A stretch of DNA of 64,000 nt from an uncultured Pelagibacteraceae bacterium (lineage in GTDB: Bacteria > Pseudomonadota > Alphaproteobacteria > Pelagibacterales > AG-422-B15). The notes under the pieces are model-generated. The model did no database searches. It saw only the letters and a list, made by a program, of their open reading frames with translations, and was not told the origin of the DNA. Numbering within the stretch: position 1 is the stretch's first letter; every line of letters starts with the position of its first letter. A program made the position numbers and the translations under genes. Positions 29,300 to 39,168 of the stretch are shown here, piece by piece. The stretch covers positions 5,012 to 69,011 of the forward strand of contig CABYZQ010000005.1 in NCBI GenBank assembly GCA_902523535.1, given 5' to 3'.

Positions 29300-31686
29300 T
29301 GAAGTTCACTTACTCATGGCTAAAAGAGCATCTAGAAACAGAGCATCAATATAATGAAGTAGTTGATAAATTAACGGCAATTGGATTGGAGGTAGAGAGT
29401 GTTCAAGATACAGGCCTAGCCTATAAAGACTTTATTGTTGGACAGGTTTTGGAAGAAGAAAAACACCCTAATGCAGATAAACTAAAATTATGCAAAGTAG
29501 ATATCGGTAGAGAAAAAGTTGATGTAGTATGCGGAGCTCCCAATGTTACAAAAGGGATGAAAGTTGTTTATGCACCTGTTGGATGTGTCATTCCTGTAAA
29601 CCAAATGAAAATAAAAGCAGCAAAGATTCGTGGCGTAGAGTCTTATGGAATGATGTGTTCTGAGTATGAACTCGGAATTTCAAATGAGCACGACGGTATT
29701 ATCAGTTTAGAGCAAGATACAGAGGTTGGCAGTTCATACGCAGACTTGTCGGGAATGAATGACATTTTAATTGAAATAGGTATTACTCCCAACCGTCAAG
29801 ACTGTTTGGGGGTTTTGGGAGTTGCACGGGATTTAGCTGCAGCAGGTGTTGGGAAGTTAAAGAATCGAGAGTTCAAGACAGAAAAAGGTTCGTTCGAGTC
29901 CCCAATTAAAATTGAAATACAAGATAATGATATATGCCCAGCATTCGCAGGAAGCTATATTAAAAATGTAAAAAATGTAGCAAGTCCTGACTGGCTACAA
30001 AAAAAATTAAAGTCAATTGGCTTAAGGCCCATTTCCGCTTTAGTCGATATTACAAATTATGTAATGTTTGACCAAAATAGACCATTGCATGTCTACGATG
30101 CTGATAAAGTTAAAGGAAAAATTATAGTGCGATCAGCTCAAGACGGTGAAAGCTTTAAAGCTTTAGATGAAAAGATCTATGATTTAAAAAAGGGTATGTG
30201 CACAATTTCAGATGAAGAAAAGGTTTTAGGTCTGGGAGGCATTATGGGCGGTGAAAGCACAGGGTGTAATTTTGATACCATTAATGTCCTTTTAGAATCT
30301 GCACTTTTTGACAAAGTAAATACAGCAAGAACAGGGAGAGATTTATCTATATTGAGCGATGCAAGATACAGATTTGAAAGAGGAATTGATCCAAGGTCAA
30401 CTTTAGAGGGGATTCACTTTGCAACTCAACTAATACTTGAAATATGCGGAGGTGAATGTAGTGAAATTGTATTAGCTGGAAAAATATCTGAAACTCCTAA
30501 TACAATTGATATTTTAGGTAAAAATATAGTTAAAAGATTGGGATTAGAGATCACAGATGATGAAATTATTTCAATTTTGAGCTCTTTAGGCTTTGGTGCA
30601 AAGAAAAGTGGTGAGAATATTCACTGTACAATTCCATCATGGCGGCAGGACATCCATGGAGAAGCAGATATAAGTGAAGAAATTATTCGCATTAAAGGGT
30701 ATGAAAATATTCCAACTTCAAATATTAGAGCTATCAGTAAGGTCAACAAAGATATACTAAATAGTACTCAAAAAATTATTTCAAAGGCAAAGCATTTCAT
30801 AGCGTCAGAGGGATATAATGAATTTATTACATTCTCTTTTTCAGATTCTAAGAAAAGTAGTTTTTTTGGCGAAATTGAAAAATTAAAAATAATCAATCCG
30901 ATATCAGAGGATTTAGATATATTAAGACCTAGCCTTATTCCCAACTTATTAGCATCAATTAAAAAAAATACAGCACGTGGAATTGATTCTTTATCTGTTT
31001 TTGAAGCTGGCGGTCAGTACAGTTCAACCACTCCTGAAGATCAAATAAATTCAATATGCGGCGTGAAATATGGCTTAAGCAATAGTAAGACTTGGAGAAG
31101 CGAAAAAAAAGAATTTGATATTTTTGATGTTAAAAATGATCTATTAAACGTTATAAATTATTTAGTACCAGGAAATAAGAAAATTTCAATCTCTGATGAA
31201 GCCCCTTCATGGTATCACCCAGGACGCTCAGGTAAGATTATCCTAAACAAGAAAATAGAGATTGGTTACTTTGGCGAATTACATCCAAGAATTGCAAATA
31301 AATTTAAAATAAAAACAAGAGTAAACTTATTTGAGTTATTGATAGATAGTGTTCCCTTGACCGAAAAGAAGACCACGAACAAACCACTACTAATTCTAAG
31401 TGATTTTCAAAGTGTAACGAGAGATTTTGCGTTTATACTTGATAAGGATGTTAAAAGTAGTGATTTAATCAAAGCTGCATTAAATGTTGATACAAAAATA
31501 ATAAAGAGTGCAGAAATATTTGACTTATTTGAGGACAAAAGTTTGGGAGATGATAAAAAATCAATGGCAATCAAAGTTGTTTTGCAGTCTGAAGAAAAGA
31601 CATTAGATGAAAATGATATTAATAGCTTGAGTTCAAAAATAGTTGAAGCTATTGAAAAATCTACTTCTGGAACTGTTCGATCCTAA
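29299..31686 (+). CDS. pheT: Phenylalanine--tRNA ligase beta subunit
   Basis: HPNADKL, TPNR.D, LVDITNY, RFERG, PSWR.D, HPGRS, FDX-ACB tail. Confidence 0.98.
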   Translation: MKFTYSWLKEHLETEHQYNEVVDKLTAIGLEVESVQDTGLAYKDFIVGQVLEEEKHPNADKLKLCKVDIGREKVDVVCGAPNVTKGMKVVYAPVGCVIPVNQMKIKAAKIRGVESYGMMCSEYELGISNEHDGIISLEQDTEVGSSYADLSGMNDILIEIGITPNRQDCLGVLGVARDLAAAGVGKLKNREFKTEKGSFESPIKIEIQDNDICPAFAGSYIKNVKNVASPDWLQKKLKSIGLRPISALVDITNYVMFDQNRPLHVYDADKVKGKIIVRSAQDGESFKALDEKIYDLKKGMCTISDEEKVLGLGGIMGGESTGCNFDTINVLLESALFDKVNTARTGRDLSILSDARYRFERGIDPRSTLEGIHFATQLILEICGGECSEIVLAGKISETPNTIDILGKNIVKRLGLEITDDEIISILSSLGFGAKKSGENIHCTIPSWRQDIHGEADISEEIIRIKGYENIPTSNIRAISKVNKDILNSTQKIISKAKHFIASEGYNEFITFSFSDSKKSSFFGEIEKLKIINPISEDLDILRPSLIPNLLASIKKNTARGIDSLSVFEAGGQYSSTTPEDQINSICGVKYGLSNSKTWRSEKKEFDIFDVKNDLLNVINYLVPGNKKISISDEAPSWYHPGRSGKIILNKKIEIGYFGELHPRIANKFKIKTRVNLFELLIDSVPLTEKKTTNKPLLILSDFQSVTRDFAFILDKDVKSSDLIKAALNVDTKIIKSAEIFDLFEDKSLGDDKKSMAIKVVLQSEEKTLDENDINSLSSKIVEAIEKSTSGTVRS

Positions 31687-31699
31687 AAATTTATATTTT

Positions 31700-33499
31700 A
31701 TGACTGGAACCAAAAATATCAGAAACTTCTCAATTATTGCGCACATTGATCACGGTAAATCTACACTTGCAGATAGATTAATACAATTTTGTGGCGGTCT
31801 GTCAGAAAGAGAGATGAAGTCCCAAGTACTTGATTCAATGGATATTGAACGAGAAAGAGGGATTACTATTAAAGCACAGACAGTCCAATTAAAGTATAAG
31901 GCTAAGGATGGTGAAATCTATACATTAAATATCATAGATACCCCGGGCCATGTTGATTTCAGCTATGAAGTTAACCGCTCACTCTCAGCGTGTGAAGGCT
32001 CACTTCTTGTTGTTGATGCGAGTCAAGGCGTAGAAGCTCAAACACTTGCAAATTTATACCAAGCCGTTGAGAATGATCATGTTATTATTCCTGTCTTAAA
32101 TAAGATTGATTTACCTGCAGCAGATCCTGAGAGAGTAAAAGGACAAATTGACGATATTCTTGGAATCGATACAAGCAATGTTTTAGAAATTTCTGCAAAA
32201 TCTGGAATAGGCATAGAAGAGGTACTTGAAACTATTGTAAATGATCTCCCAGCTCCTGTTGGGAGTATAACGGAACCTTTAAAAGCATTACTCGTTGATA
32301 GTTGGTACGACGCTTACTTAGGTGTTGTTGTTTTGGTAAGAGTTATTAATGGCACATTGAAAAAAGGCATGGAAGTCAGGTTCCATCAAACTGATACCAA
32401 GCATTTAATTGAAAGAATTGGATGCTTTACCCCCAAAATGATTATCAATGAAGAGATCAAGACAGGTGAGCTCGGATTTATTACTGCTGCAATTAAAGAG
32501 GTTTCTCAAACAAAAGTCGGGGATACTATCATTTTATCAAATGATAAAAAAACACAGCCATTACCTGGCTTTAAACCCAGTCAACCTGTAGTATTTTGTG
32601 GTCTTTTTCCAACTAATGCAGCAGATTTTAAATTCTTAAAAGATGCTCTTGCAAAATTAAAGCTAAATGACTCAAGTTTTCATTATGAGCAAGAAACCTC
32701 AGCTGCATTAGGTATGGGCTTTAGGTGTGGTTTCTTGGGACTGCTTCATCTTGAGATTATTGTTGAACGATTAGACAGAGAATTTGATTTAGATTTAATC
32801 ACAACAGCCCCAAGTGTCATTTATGACATAGTACTTACTGATGAAAGCAAAATTGAGCTCCATAATCCTGCTGATATGCCTGAGATAATGAAAATCAAAA
32901 CAATTTCTGAGCCTTGGATTAAAGCAACGATAATATGTCCAGATGAATATTTAGGTAGTATCATTTCACTTTGTGAGGATAAACGGGGTATTCAGAATGA
33001 ACTTACGTATTCAGGGTCAAGAGTAATACTTGCTTATAAGCTACCCCTTAACGAAATTGTTTTTGATTTTTATGACAAACTAAAATCAATATCAAGCGGA
33101 TATGCAAGTTTTGATTATGAAATTGATCAGTATATGGAAAGTGATCTTGTTCGTTTAAGCATTCTAGTTAACGATGAGCCTGTTGACGCCTTGTCAATTA
33201 TTGTTCATCGAAATTTCTCAGAGAAAAAAGGTAGAGCAGTATGCGAAAAACTGAAGGAATTAATACCTAGACATCAGTTTCATATACCTATTCAAGCTGC
33301 AATAGGTGGAAAAATTATTGCTCGAGAAACTGTACGAGGATATAGAAAAAATGTTATTGATAGAATACATGGTGGTGGAGCTACAGATAGAAAAAGAAAA
33401 CTTCTTGACAAACAAAAGAAGGGCAAGCAAAGATTAAGAACTTATGGTAAAGTTGATATCCCACAAGAAGCATTTATAGCAGCATTAAAGGTTGAATAA
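31700..33499 (+). CDS. lepA: Translation elongation factor 4 (LepA)
   Basis: [38 protein letters not shown]; ATG at 31700 avoids overlap with pheT. Confidence 0.97.
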   Translation: MTGTKNIRNFSIIAHIDHGKSTLADRLIQFCGGLSEREMKSQVLDSMDIERERGITIKAQTVQLKYKAKDGEIYTLNIIDTPGHVDFSYEVNRSLSACEGSLLVVDASQGVEAQTLANLYQAVENDHVIIPVLNKIDLPAADPERVKGQIDDILGIDTSNVLEISAKSGIGIEEVLETIVNDLPAPVGSITEPLKALLVDSWYDAYLGVVVLVRVINGTLKKGMEVRFHQTDTKHLIERIGCFTPKMIINEEIKTGELGFITAAIKEVSQTKVGDTIILSNDKKTQPLPGFKPSQPVVFCGLFPTNAADFKFLKDALAKLKLNDSSFHYEQETSAALGMGFRCGFLGLLHLEIIVERLDREFDLDLITTAPSVIYDIVLTDESKIELHNPADMPEIMKIKTISEPWIKATIICPDEYLGSIISLCEDKRGIQNELTYSGSRVILAYKLPLNEIVFDFYDKLKSISSGYASFDYEIDQYMESDLVRLSILVNDEPVDALSIIVHRNFSEKKGRAVCEKLKELIPRHQFHIPIQAAIGGKIIARETVRGYRKNVIDRIHGGGATDRKRKLLDKQKKGKQRLRTYGKVDIPQEAFIAALKVE

Positions 33500-33505
33500 A
33501 GAAAA

Positions 33506-34288
33506 ATGATTTTTTATTTAATAATTCTCTCGCTCTTTATAAATTTATTACTTATTTTTTTAATAAATAGAAAAAAGATTAAAAAAATTATATATAGAAG
33601 CAAAATACAATCTGTAAATTTAGAGAAATTAGATAGTATTTTTATTAATAATCAAATTGATACAAATTTGTTTGGGCCAAAACAGGAAGTAATAGTAAAA
33701 AACTTCTGTATAGCATCTGGCAATAATATTGTTGGCATGACTTCAGATTATGAAGCTTGGATAATTTCATCATTAAGTAAAATTAGTAATAAGATTTTTG
33801 AATTTGGAACTTGTAGCGGTAAGACGACATATCTTATGGCACTTAATTCTCCGAAAAATGCTAAAATAACTACATTAACCCTTGGCCCTCAAAATCTTTC
33901 AGATCTTAAAAAAAATAAATTAGATAATAAAATATCATTTAGAAACATAATAAATGAGAGCATTTATGAAAAATTTCTATTTTCAGGAACTGAATATGAA
34001 AATAAAATTAATGTGATTTTTGAAAATTCAATTAACTTTAATGAAAATAATCATATAAATACTTTTGATCTAATTTTTATTGATGGAGGTCACACTTATT
34101 CAATAGTCAAAAATGACTCAGAAAAATCTTTTAAAATGCTAAATGCAAATGGAGTAATTCTTTGGCATGACTTTGTTCCTGCAAAAGAGTCTGCTAAAAA
34201 TATAGTAAAATATATTAATAGCATTTCAAAAGAAAAAAAAATATTTCATATTAAAAACACTTCACTTTGTTATTATAGAAATAATTAG
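33506..34288 (+). CDS. Membrane-anchored class I SAM-dependent methyltransferase (Methyltransf_24-like)
   Basis: N-terminal TM helix, FEFGT.SG motif I, FIDGGH.Y, G.ILWHD. Confidence 0.82.
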   Translation: MIFYLIILSLFINLLLIFLINRKKIKKIIYRSKIQSVNLEKLDSIFINNQIDTNLFGPKQEVIVKNFCIASGNNIVGMTSDYEAWIISSLSKISNKIFEFGTCSGKTTYLMALNSPKNAKITTLTLGPQNLSDLKKNKLDNKISFRNIINESIYEKFLFSGTEYENKINVIFENSINFNENNHINTFDLIFIDGGHTYSIVKNDSEKSFKMLNANGVILWHDFVPAKESAKNIVKYINSISKEKKIFHIKNTSLCYYRNN

Positions 34289-34292
34289 TTCA

Positions 34293-34382
34293 GGAGAGGT
34301 GGCCGAGTGGTTGAAGGCGCACGCTTGGAAAGCGTGTATGCGGGTGACCGTATCGTGGGTTCGAATCCCATCCTTTCCGCCA
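34293..34382 (+). tRNA. tRNA-Ser (GGA)
   Basis: GGAGAGG...CCTTTCC-GCCA, CACGC-TTGGAAA-GCGTG anticodon arm, long variable arm; followed by T8. Confidence 0.98.
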
Positions 34383-34395
34383 TTTTTTTTGAAAG

Positions 34396-34539
34396 CTATT
34401 TATCTAGCTTATTTTCAATGTAATCCAACTTTATATTCAATTCTTCAACTTTAGATTTAATCTTTATAGTATTTAAAAAGTTTAAATAAATAATCAATAT
34501 CAATAAAAATATCAGTATAATGATAAGTGTATTCAGCAT
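34396..34539 (-). CDS. Small membrane protein, 47 aa (TM plus coiled coil), not in the ORF track
   Basis: Manual translation [47 protein letters not shown]. Confidence 0.55.
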   Translation of the reverse strand: MLNTLIIILIFLLILIIYLNFLNTIKIKSKVEELNIKLDYIENKLDK

Positions 34540-34595
34540 TTAATGAATTTATTTTAAATAAAATATTAAAAACTATTTAATATCGATAGTATCTT

Positions 34596-34760
34596 TTATA
34601 AACCACCAGTTATTAGTCCGACCATTCCAAGGATTAGCCATAATATAAGCATTGCTTTTTCATCAAATTTCTTTGTACTTTCTATACCTTTGATTTGCTT
34701 TCTAACAAATAAGCTAAGAAGGAGTGCAAGGACTATTAGATATACTATTGTAAACGCCAT
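34596..34760 (-). CDS. Small two-TM membrane protein, 54 aa, not in the ORF track
   Basis: Manual translation MAFTIVYLIVLALLLSLFVRKQIKGIESTKKFDEKAMLILWLILGMVGLITGGL*. Confidence 0.6.
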   Translation of the reverse strand: MAFTIVYLIVLALLLSLFVRKQIKGIESTKKFDEKAMLILWLILGMVGLITGGL

Positions 34761-34809
34761 TAGTGATTAGTGTAGCAAGTAAGTAATATTTGTATATAAA
34801 ATATATCTA

Positions 34810-36012
34810 ATGAAAATTTTTAGACATTCTTCTTCTTTATTAGTAATAGTTGGTGGCTGTGTTCTTTTATTAGTTTCTTTTGGTATAAGACACTCATCAG
34901 GTTTGTATTTAATACCTATTTCAGATCATATTCAGACTGGACGAGAAGTGTTTGGCTTCGCTATTGCAATTCAATTCCTTATGATTGGGATTGGATCTCC
35001 AATCTTCGGAGCTATTGCTGATAAATATGGTTCATCTATCGCTGGCCTTTATGGAGCAATATTTTTCTTAATTGGTCTCTATATGATGTCTCTTGTAGAA
35101 GGATCAGGTCTCCTGATAGTTTCACAAGTAGTTTTCGGTTTTGGTTGCGCCGGATGTGGAACAGCAGTAATTCTAGGAGCTGTAGGAAAAGCGGTTACAG
35201 GAAAATACCAAACGTTGTCGTTGGGTATTGTGATGGCTGCAGGTTCTTTGGGGCAATTCTTAATTGTCCCACTATCAGGATTTATGATCGAAGCAACTGA
35301 TTGGCAAAAATCAATCGTCTACCTTTGTTTTATATCCTTAATAATGATTTTATTTGCTCTAACTCTGACAAAATCTTCTTTTAATTCAGGAAAGGATGAT
35401 CAAGCTGCTCAATCATTAGCATCTGTACTCAATGAAGCTTTTGTAAATAAAAGCTATGTGTTGTTAACAGTTGGTTTTTTCGTATGTGGCTTTCATGTTT
35501 CATTTGTAGCAACACATTTACCAGCTTATTTAACTGACCTCTCATTACCTTTGTGGATTGGTTCTTGGTCGCTTGCTTTGATTGGTTTATTCAATGTTTT
35601 TGGGACATTATATTTTGGTCATTTAGGTGATCAAAATTCTAAAAAAAATCTTCTAGTTATTTTATACACACTTCGTGCACTTTTATTCTTAGTATTTATT
35701 TTTCTTCCTAAAACTGAGATAACAGTACTAATTTTCTCTGCATTACTCGGTATTCTTTGGCTTTCAACTGTCCCTCTTACCAGTGGTATTATTTCTGTAA
35801 TTTTTGGGACCAAATATATGTCTATGCTGTATGGCTTTACATTCCTTTCACATCAAGTTGGTTCATTTATGGGCTCTTGGTTTGGAGGTCGTTTTTATGA
35901 TTTTTATGGTTCATATGATATCATGTGGTGGGTATGTGTAGTTCTTGGTTTTGTGTCTGCATTAATGCATTTTCCAATTACTGAAAAACCAATCAAAAGA
36001 AAAATTGCTTAA
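34810..36012 (+). CDS. MFS transporter
   Basis: About 12 TM helices, G.IADKYG motif A, GFFVCGFHV.F...HLP. Confidence 0.92.
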   Translation: MKIFRHSSSLLVIVGGCVLLLVSFGIRHSSGLYLIPISDHIQTGREVFGFAIAIQFLMIGIGSPIFGAIADKYGSSIAGLYGAIFFLIGLYMMSLVEGSGLLIVSQVVFGFGCAGCGTAVILGAVGKAVTGKYQTLSLGIVMAAGSLGQFLIVPLSGFMIEATDWQKSIVYLCFISLIMILFALTLTKSSFNSGKDDQAAQSLASVLNEAFVNKSYVLLTVGFFVCGFHVSFVATHLPAYLTDLSLPLWIGSWSLALIGLFNVFGTLYFGHLGDQNSKKNLLVILYTLRALLFLVFIFLPKTEITVLIFSALLGILWLSTVPLTSGIISVIFGTKYMSMLYGFTFLSHQVGSFMGSWFGGRFYDFYGSYDIMWWVCVVLGFVSALMHFPITEKPIKRKIA

Positions 36013-36023
36013 GCAAATATTAA
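36009..36023. promoter_or_regulatory. CtrA-type box TTAA-N7-TTAA
   Basis: TTAA-GCAAATA-TTAA; exact match, but in very AT-rich DNA. Confidence 0.3.
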
Positions 36024-36069
36024 ATTTATTAATTATTTTATTGATTCTATTACTAAATAAGTTTTCCAC

Positions 36070-36078
36070 TTATCCACA
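36070..36078 (+). promoter_or_regulatory. DnaA box
   Basis: Perfect TTATCCACA, overlapped by a one-mismatch box TTTTCCACT (36062-36070). Confidence 0.55.
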
Positions 36079-36144
36079 AGTTAAGAAATACAAATAATTT
36101 TTTTTATTTAATAATTTTTTTTTAATAAATTATTATTTATTTAT

Positions 36145-36252
36145 CGGTACAACAAAGATCGAAAGCCTTTCGGGGAGTTTGTTCAGAGTTAGACCGGAAT
36201 TTCGGGGCGATATAGAGACCTTTCGGGGTATTCGTAGCGCCCCGTTTTTTTT
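36145..36252 (+). ncRNA. Putative structured small RNA or leader with two UUCG-capped hairpins ending in an intrinsic terminator
   Basis: GC-rich island; stems CGGT/ACCG, AACAAA/TTTGTT, CCT-TTCG-GGG twice, CGGGGCG/CGCCCCG plus T8; G.U pairs favour the + strand. Confidence 0.7.
36203..36252 (+). terminator. Rho-independent terminator closing the putative sRNA
   Basis: CGGGGCG...CGCCCCG stem followed by eight T. Confidence 0.7.
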
Positions 36253-36287
36253 GTGCTTTGTGTCTAAAAATCGGATACTAATTTCAT

Positions 36288-36914
36288 ATGTTTTTAGACT
36301 TTACCCTCCTTTATTTTTTTATTCCTTTGTTTTTTGTTATTTCTATAACTCCAGGTCTTTGCATGACTCTTGCTTTAACTATGGGTATTACCATTGGCCT
36401 TAAAAATACGATGAAGATGATGGTTGGGGAACTCATAGGCGTACTAATAGTTGCTGGAAGTGCAGTTATTGGTGGTGGGGCAATTATTTCATCATATCCA
36501 ATGACATTTCTCTTTTTTAAATATGGAGGAGGAGTTTATTTGATGTTTGTAGGCTATCAAATGTTCAATTCAAGAGGATCATTAGCATTAAACTTAGACG
36601 GAACACATTCTTTTGAGATTAATTTTTTAAAGCTAGCAAGCCAGGGATTTATTACCGCAGTTGCAAACCCTAAGGGATGGGCTTTTTTTATTGCTATGGT
36701 ACCCGCATTTATCAATTATGACTTAGCGCTCATGCCTCAGATGTCAGCATTGGTCGTCATCATTTTAATAATAGAATTCATATCTTTGATGATTTACGCA
36801 ACTGGCGGACAGATGCTTGGAATTATCTTGAAGAAACAAAAAAATATTCAATCTATAAATCGTTTAGCTGGTTTACTAATGGTAGGCGTTGGAATTTGGT
36901 TAGCTCTTAGTTAG
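36288..36914 (+). CDS. LysE/RhtB family amino acid exporter
   Basis: TPG, KY.GG.YL, GF.TA..NPK motifs, multiple TM helices. Confidence 0.9.
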   Translation: MFLDFTLLYFFIPLFFVISITPGLCMTLALTMGITIGLKNTMKMMVGELIGVLIVAGSAVIGGGAIISSYPMTFLFFKYGGGVYLMFVGYQMFNSRGSLALNLDGTHSFEINFLKLASQGFITAVANPKGWAFFIAMVPAFINYDLALMPQMSALVVIILIIEFISLMIYATGGQMLGIILKKQKNIQSINRLAGLLMVGVGIWLALS

Positions 36915-37646
36915 ACTCTGTTTAAAAAGCATCCCAGGTCCTTTTGTTGATTCATTTCCTGAACCACGAAACATATGCCATATCATTGCCTGGTTTGAAG
37001 ATACAACAGGTTTATTCAGTACGCGTTCTGCTTCATCTATTATTTTAAATGTTTTCAAATTTGTGCATGAAATAAATACTGCATCACAATCATTTTTTCC
37101 AATTTCTAATATTGCTTTCAAACTATCTCTTTCAGATATTCTTGCCACTACTGTGTCATCAGACTCATTAAATGATTTCTCGTTTGATATATTAAAATTA
37201 TCACTCTGAAGATTTTGTTTGAGTTTTTGAGTTACAGATTGCTCATAGGGTGAAACAAATGCAATATTCTTGCATCCAAAGCTATTAAGCGCTTCCTTAA
37301 CCGCTCTTATTGGATCTGTTATAAAAGCATTTTTATGTTGCTCTTTAATTAATTTATTTATTTTTTCAGAGCCAATTACCGTTGCGCCAGAGGTACATGC
37401 ATATCCAATACTGTTAAAGTCAATTTTTGGGAGTAGGTCCACTGCAATTGGCAAATCATTTTCCATTTTTGCAAGATTTTCATTATTGACAGATTGGTCA
37501 CAGGGAATCCTTGAGTGATAAATGGCAACACTCTCATCAAGTGTGCTTCTTATCTCTTGCTCAATTGTCTCATCACTTTGCAGTACGATTAATCCAAATC
37601 TCATACTGTAATAGTCTGGATCATCTAGCTTAAAATTCTTCTCCAT
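36900..37646 (-). CDS. Asp/Glu racemase-fold protein (maleate isomerase/EutA-like)
   Basis: GLIVLQSDETIE, YACTSG and ISCTNL catalytic cysteines, PVVSSNQA. Confidence 0.85.
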   Translation of the reverse strand: MEKNFKLDDPDYYSMRFGLIVLQSDETIEQEIRSTLDESVAIYHSRIPCDQSVNNENLAKMENDLPIAVDLLPKIDFNSIGYACTSGATVIGSEKINKLIKEQHKNAFITDPIRAVKEALNSFGCKNIAFVSPYEQSVTQKLKQNLQSDNFNISNEKSFNESDDTVVARISERDSLKAILEIGKNDCDAVFISCTNLKTFKIIDEAERVLNKPVVSSNQAMIWHMFRGSGNESTKGPGMLFKQSLTKS

Positions 37647-37651
37647 AAAAT

Positions 37652-39160
37652 TTATCTCGCTGCTTTTAATATTACACTTCTAGTTTCTGCAGGATCAATT
37701 ACTGCATCAATTTCAAGGTGAGCTGCAGCTTCAATTGCTTTTCCTTTTTCATACAATTGATCGACTAACTTATTAAAAAGTTCTTCTCTTTTTATTTCAT
37801 CTTTTATTTCATCAAGTTCTTTTTTGAACCCAAGCTTGATGGCACCTTCTAATCCCATTGCCCCAAATTCTCCAGTAGGCCATGCAGCCGAGTATACTGG
37901 TTGATGAAAGCTTCCTCCAGCTAATGCTTGTGCACCCAGTCCATAGCCTTTTCTTAAAAAAATTGTGATCAAAGGTATTTTTATTTGCGAACCTACTTTA
38001 AAAAGAGCAGACATTCTTCTAACTGCCCCTTCTTCTTCACTATCGGGTCCAACCATAAAACCAGGTGTATCGACTAGAGAAATGATAGGAAGATTTTGAA
38101 GATTGCAAAGCTCAATAAAATTTGCAGCTTTATCAGCTGATTCTGAATCGATTGCCCCACCTAAGTGTTGACTGTCACTTGCCATCAATCCAAATGATTT
38201 TCCTTCAATGCGTATAAATCCTGTTACGATACTCTTCCCATACATCTGTTTGAGTTCTATAAAGGTATCTTTATCAGAAATGATATTAATAATATTTCTG
38301 ATTGGATAAGACCATTTTCTATTTTTTGGCATGATATCTTTTAATTTAGCCTGATCTTCAACTTTCCAATCAACTAAATCACCTTGAAAGTAAGAAAGTA
38401 TTTTCTTTGCAAAATCTGTTGCTTCGGCTTCATCTTTAGCTACTAAATCAATAACACCATTTTTTTCATTTACTTCTGATGGACCTATTTCTTTTGGGCT
38501 ATAGGATCCAAGACCACCTCCCTCAATCATTGCAGGGCCTGCCATACCAATCCATGAATTTTTAGTAGCTATTCTAATATCTGCACAGCCAAATAGAGCA
38601 GCATTGCCTGCAAAACAGAATCCATTATTTATGGCAATTCGTAAGCACCTTCCAGTGAGACTTCCCCATAGAGCAAAAGTAGGGACATGCAATCCTGCTA
38701 TACTTGTATTGATGTCTGTATCGCCTGGTCTACCACCTCCACCCTCAGTAAATATAACAATAGGTAGTTTGTATTTTTTTGCTTTCTCGCAAATTCGATC
38801 AAGCTTCATATGATGGAAATAACCTTGTGTTCCTGCTAAGACAGAATAATCGTATACAATAGCAACAGCATCAGTTGACTCATTGTTTATTATATTACTA
38901 TTAATTTTACAGAAACCAGTGATAACGCCATCACCAGAAGTTTCCATCAAAAGTTCTTCTTTGTTTTTACGACTTTTTTGAGCCGCCACAGCAAATGCTC
39001 CATACTCAAGAAAGCTGTCTTTATCGATAAGATCAGAAAGATTTTCTCTTGCAGTTCTTAAATTTAGTTTATGTCGTTTATTTTTTGCATTCTCTCGAAA
39101 ATCATCAGTTGTCTTGTGTAGCCGTTCAATAAATTCAGCAAAGTTTTTTTTGTCTTCCAT
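37652..39160 (-). CDS. Stand-alone acyl-CoA carboxyltransferase (two CT domains)
   Basis: TARE, DYSVLAGTQG, EGGGGRPGD, MAGP, DTPGFMVG, MGLEGA, IDP.ETR. Confidence 0.88.
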   Translation of the reverse strand: MEDKKNFAEFIERLHKTTDDFRENAKNKRHKLNLRTARENLSDLIDKDSFLEYGAFAVAAQKSRKNKEELLMETSGDGVITGFCKINSNIINNESTDAVAIVYDYSVLAGTQGYFHHMKLDRICEKAKKYKLPIVIFTEGGGGRPGDTDINTSIAGLHVPTFALWGSLTGRCLRIAINNGFCFAGNAALFGCADIRIATKNSWIGMAGPAMIEGGGLGSYSPKEIGPSEVNEKNGVIDLVAKDEAEATDFAKKILSYFQGDLVDWKVEDQAKLKDIMPKNRKWSYPIRNIINIISDKDTFIELKQMYGKSIVTGFIRIEGKSFGLMASDSQHLGGAIDSESADKAANFIELCNLQNLPIISLVDTPGFMVGPDSEEEGAVRRMSALFKVGSQIKIPLITIFLRKGYGLGAQALAGGSFHQPVYSAAWPTGEFGAMGLEGAIKLGFKKELDEIKDEIKREELFNKLVDQLYEKGKAIEAAAHLEIDAVIDPAETRSVILKAAR

Positions 39161-39168
39161 AACTAACT

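Noticed and set aside
31643-31699. TTG-started N-terminal extension of lepA overlapping pheT
   Set aside because: ATG at 31700 gives the normal LepA N-terminus with no overlap
36166-36228. TTTCGGGG repeats as a mini-CRISPR or REP array
   Set aside because: Repeats are only 8-10 nt, unevenly spaced, with no cas genes; RNA hairpins explain them better
36179-36403. 74-aa TTG ORF across the structured RNA
   Set aside because: Crosses a terminator, overlaps the LysE gene out of frame and has no protein-like motifs
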